DNA from: Hormiphora californensis
Lineage: Eukaryota; Animalia; Ctenophora
Direction: 5' to 3'
Length of the DNA: 64,000 nucleotides
NCBI GenBank assembly: GCA_020137815.1
Contig: CM035353.1
Location: 3,534,001 to 3,598,000, forward strand
Shown: one piece after another, positions 62,043 through 64,000 of the stretch
Numbering within the stretch: the first letter of the stretch is position 1
How the letters are laid out: each line of letters begins with the position of its first letter
Made by a program: the position numbers and the translations under genes
The notes under the pieces: model-generated
Database searches by the model: none
Told to the model about the DNA's origin: nothing
Seen by the model: the letters and a program-made list of their open reading frames with translations, nothing else

Positions 62043-62432
62043 TGAAAAGTAATTCTGTGCACAAATACGACTGAACTTGTGCGAGAACTCCAGATATTAG
62101 TAGCCATGATCGAACTGACTTGTCTAGTTCAGTATTGATCAGTACGGTTATTTTCCACTAAAGTCTCGCCAACTAAACAAAATAGTAAACTTGTAAATAC
62201 ACGCATTATATTATCTATATTGAAGATTTGATACTATGCTGTATCCTCTATCTAATTATATTGAAATCTTGCAGAATTTTAATACCTATATATATCCTGT
62301 TAATCTCATCTGGAACTTATTGCTTAACTGAACCTACATACTGGAGTTTTATTTTGTAGGTCGGACCCCGATTTATCGGATGCCCGGTATTATAACAGTT
62401 GGACCACGATTTATCGGGGGTGCACGGTATTA

Positions 62433-62762
62433 CAGTTGGACAACAATTTATCGGGGGTGCACGGTATTATATCGGGAAATGCCGCTAATCTCGATATTAT
62501 AGAAAAGTGAGAAGGAAGCTTGGCTAACAAACGACCTGAAAAAGTGAAGTTTGTCAGCAAGGAGCCTACTGCCTGTGCATTGCCGTGGGAAGAACTCTGT
62601 GGCAGTCAAATTGATAAGCTGCCCTGGGCCCAGCTGGGGCATGTGATATTTTATTACGTTACAACGTCACAATTGTATAGTGTAAATTTATCCTTCCGGT
62701 AAATCGGGGTTCTGCGCCGATAAATGGGGGGGGGGGGGGGTAAATACATAGTAGTCCAACTG
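62433..62762. mobile_element. pogo/Tc1-mariner-type MITE preceded by two extra left-end copies (from ~62360)
   Basis: TA|CAGTTGGAC ... GTCCAACTG|TA; CCCCGATTTA-type subterminal motifs. Confidence 0.65.
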
Positions 62763-64000
62763 TACCCATAAATTTTATATTCAGTTTAACGTTACTGAGG
62801 CACTAATTCCTTCAGCAACGTGCCCCCAATGGTCTTCTTGTAACCAATCCATATAGAAAAATAGTATAACTTTTTATCAAAGCTCTTCTCCGGCACTCCT
62901 CACTTTGAATTCCATCGCATATAAACAATAAAACAAGGTAGAATACTCTGAATTCCGGAATTGAATACCGGAATTCCGGTATTCAATTGCCTGGCTAGAC
63001 TGTGTTTCGGGCGCCCCGCACCCGAAACATCTACCTTTACAAATGTAAAGGGAGGGTTAGAACATAACAAGTATTCAATTCCGGTTTTATGAATACTGGA
63101 ATGCAAATATTAGAGTGTTATTTAGAGTGTCCCAGAAATAATGTCATGTAATATTTTGATACCCGAAGTTGAGTTGCCGCTGAACGGGAGTTTTTCAATT
63201 CTTAAAACGTCACTGAAAAAATTTGAGTTTTCAGAATGGCACCAAAAGATAGCCCATCATCCACAGTTTAGGCACCCATGCGATTTAAGTCTCGACGCAA
63301 CCTATGGAACCGTCAGGGAAAGCTTGCCGCAAAAAAGCGAAAAAGTGTGACTCGGAAGTGAAAAATTTTGATTTTTACCAAAATTTCTTTAAAGCTCCAT
63401 AGCTCAGCAACGAGTAGGTATGCGTCTTCATCCACCATTTTTCTTTCAGCGGAAATTTTAGACCGCTTGTTTCCGGGTTCACCAGGGCGCAATCAAAAAT
63501 CACCAATTTTTTGCTGCCTACAGAGAGAATACAGAGAAAGATTAGTTACGTCATTCTTCACATAGTCGGTGACATAGACACCATGGAGGGGTCAATTTTA
63601 AGCGGGAAAAAAGGCAAAATGCTCTCAGAACTTTTCTCTATATGTACATTGTACTTATACCTACAACAATCTTGTTCAATTCTGTGTCGGTCCACTCTCA
63701 CTTTAAATAAACTTAAGCTAGAAAGTTTTAAATCGGAATCGATGGGCAAGTTGGAAAAATCGGGACATGACAGCCTAATATCACGGGGAAGAAGGTCCAT
63801 TTCGATTCTTGGCTTCCTCGGAATAGAGGTTATAAGGGAGCTATATCTCATGTTTGTTTAAAGAAACAGGGAGGGAGGGTCGAACAAGGCAAGTTATCTC
63901 TTGTTTCGACTATAACAATTCTTAGAATCTGATAACTGATGCTATGAAAACAAGGTCTAATAACCCGGAACCCCTAACACTGTAATAACCAGTTTTTTAT

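Overview
Eukaryotic (animal) draft-assembly window with no prokaryotic features. It has three 100-N gaps (8968-9067, 20206-20305, 31972-32071) and several indel-rich low-quality stretches. A spliced neuropeptide precursor at 36346-37130 aligns residue-for-residue with the ctenophore WTGamide peptide as I recall it, so the organism is probably a comb jelly (inference). Most real genes are spliced and not visible as whole ORFs in the ORF track. By manual exon joining I find: (1) a secreted prepro-protein with an RQRR site running off the left edge; (2) the C-terminal three EF-hands of a calmodulin-like gene; (3) an intact 1230-aa APE-RT-RNaseH non-LTR retrotransposon ORF with an atypical LADD active site; (4) a tandem pair of intronless secreted C-type-lectin-like genes; (5) the WTG-type neuropeptide precursor; (6) a giant (~4,200 aa estimated) disordered protein built from six tandem repeat arrays and Cys-rich ends, broken by noisy sequence and a 2.4-kb duplication; and (7) a six-exon, Pro-rich divergent homeobox gene whose recognition helix is hidden by a 1-nt frameshift. 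Intergenic and intronic DNA is dense in MITEs (hAT with 8-bp TSDs, Tc1/mariner/pogo-type with TA TSDs, Harbinger-like), LINE relics and mini/microsatellites.
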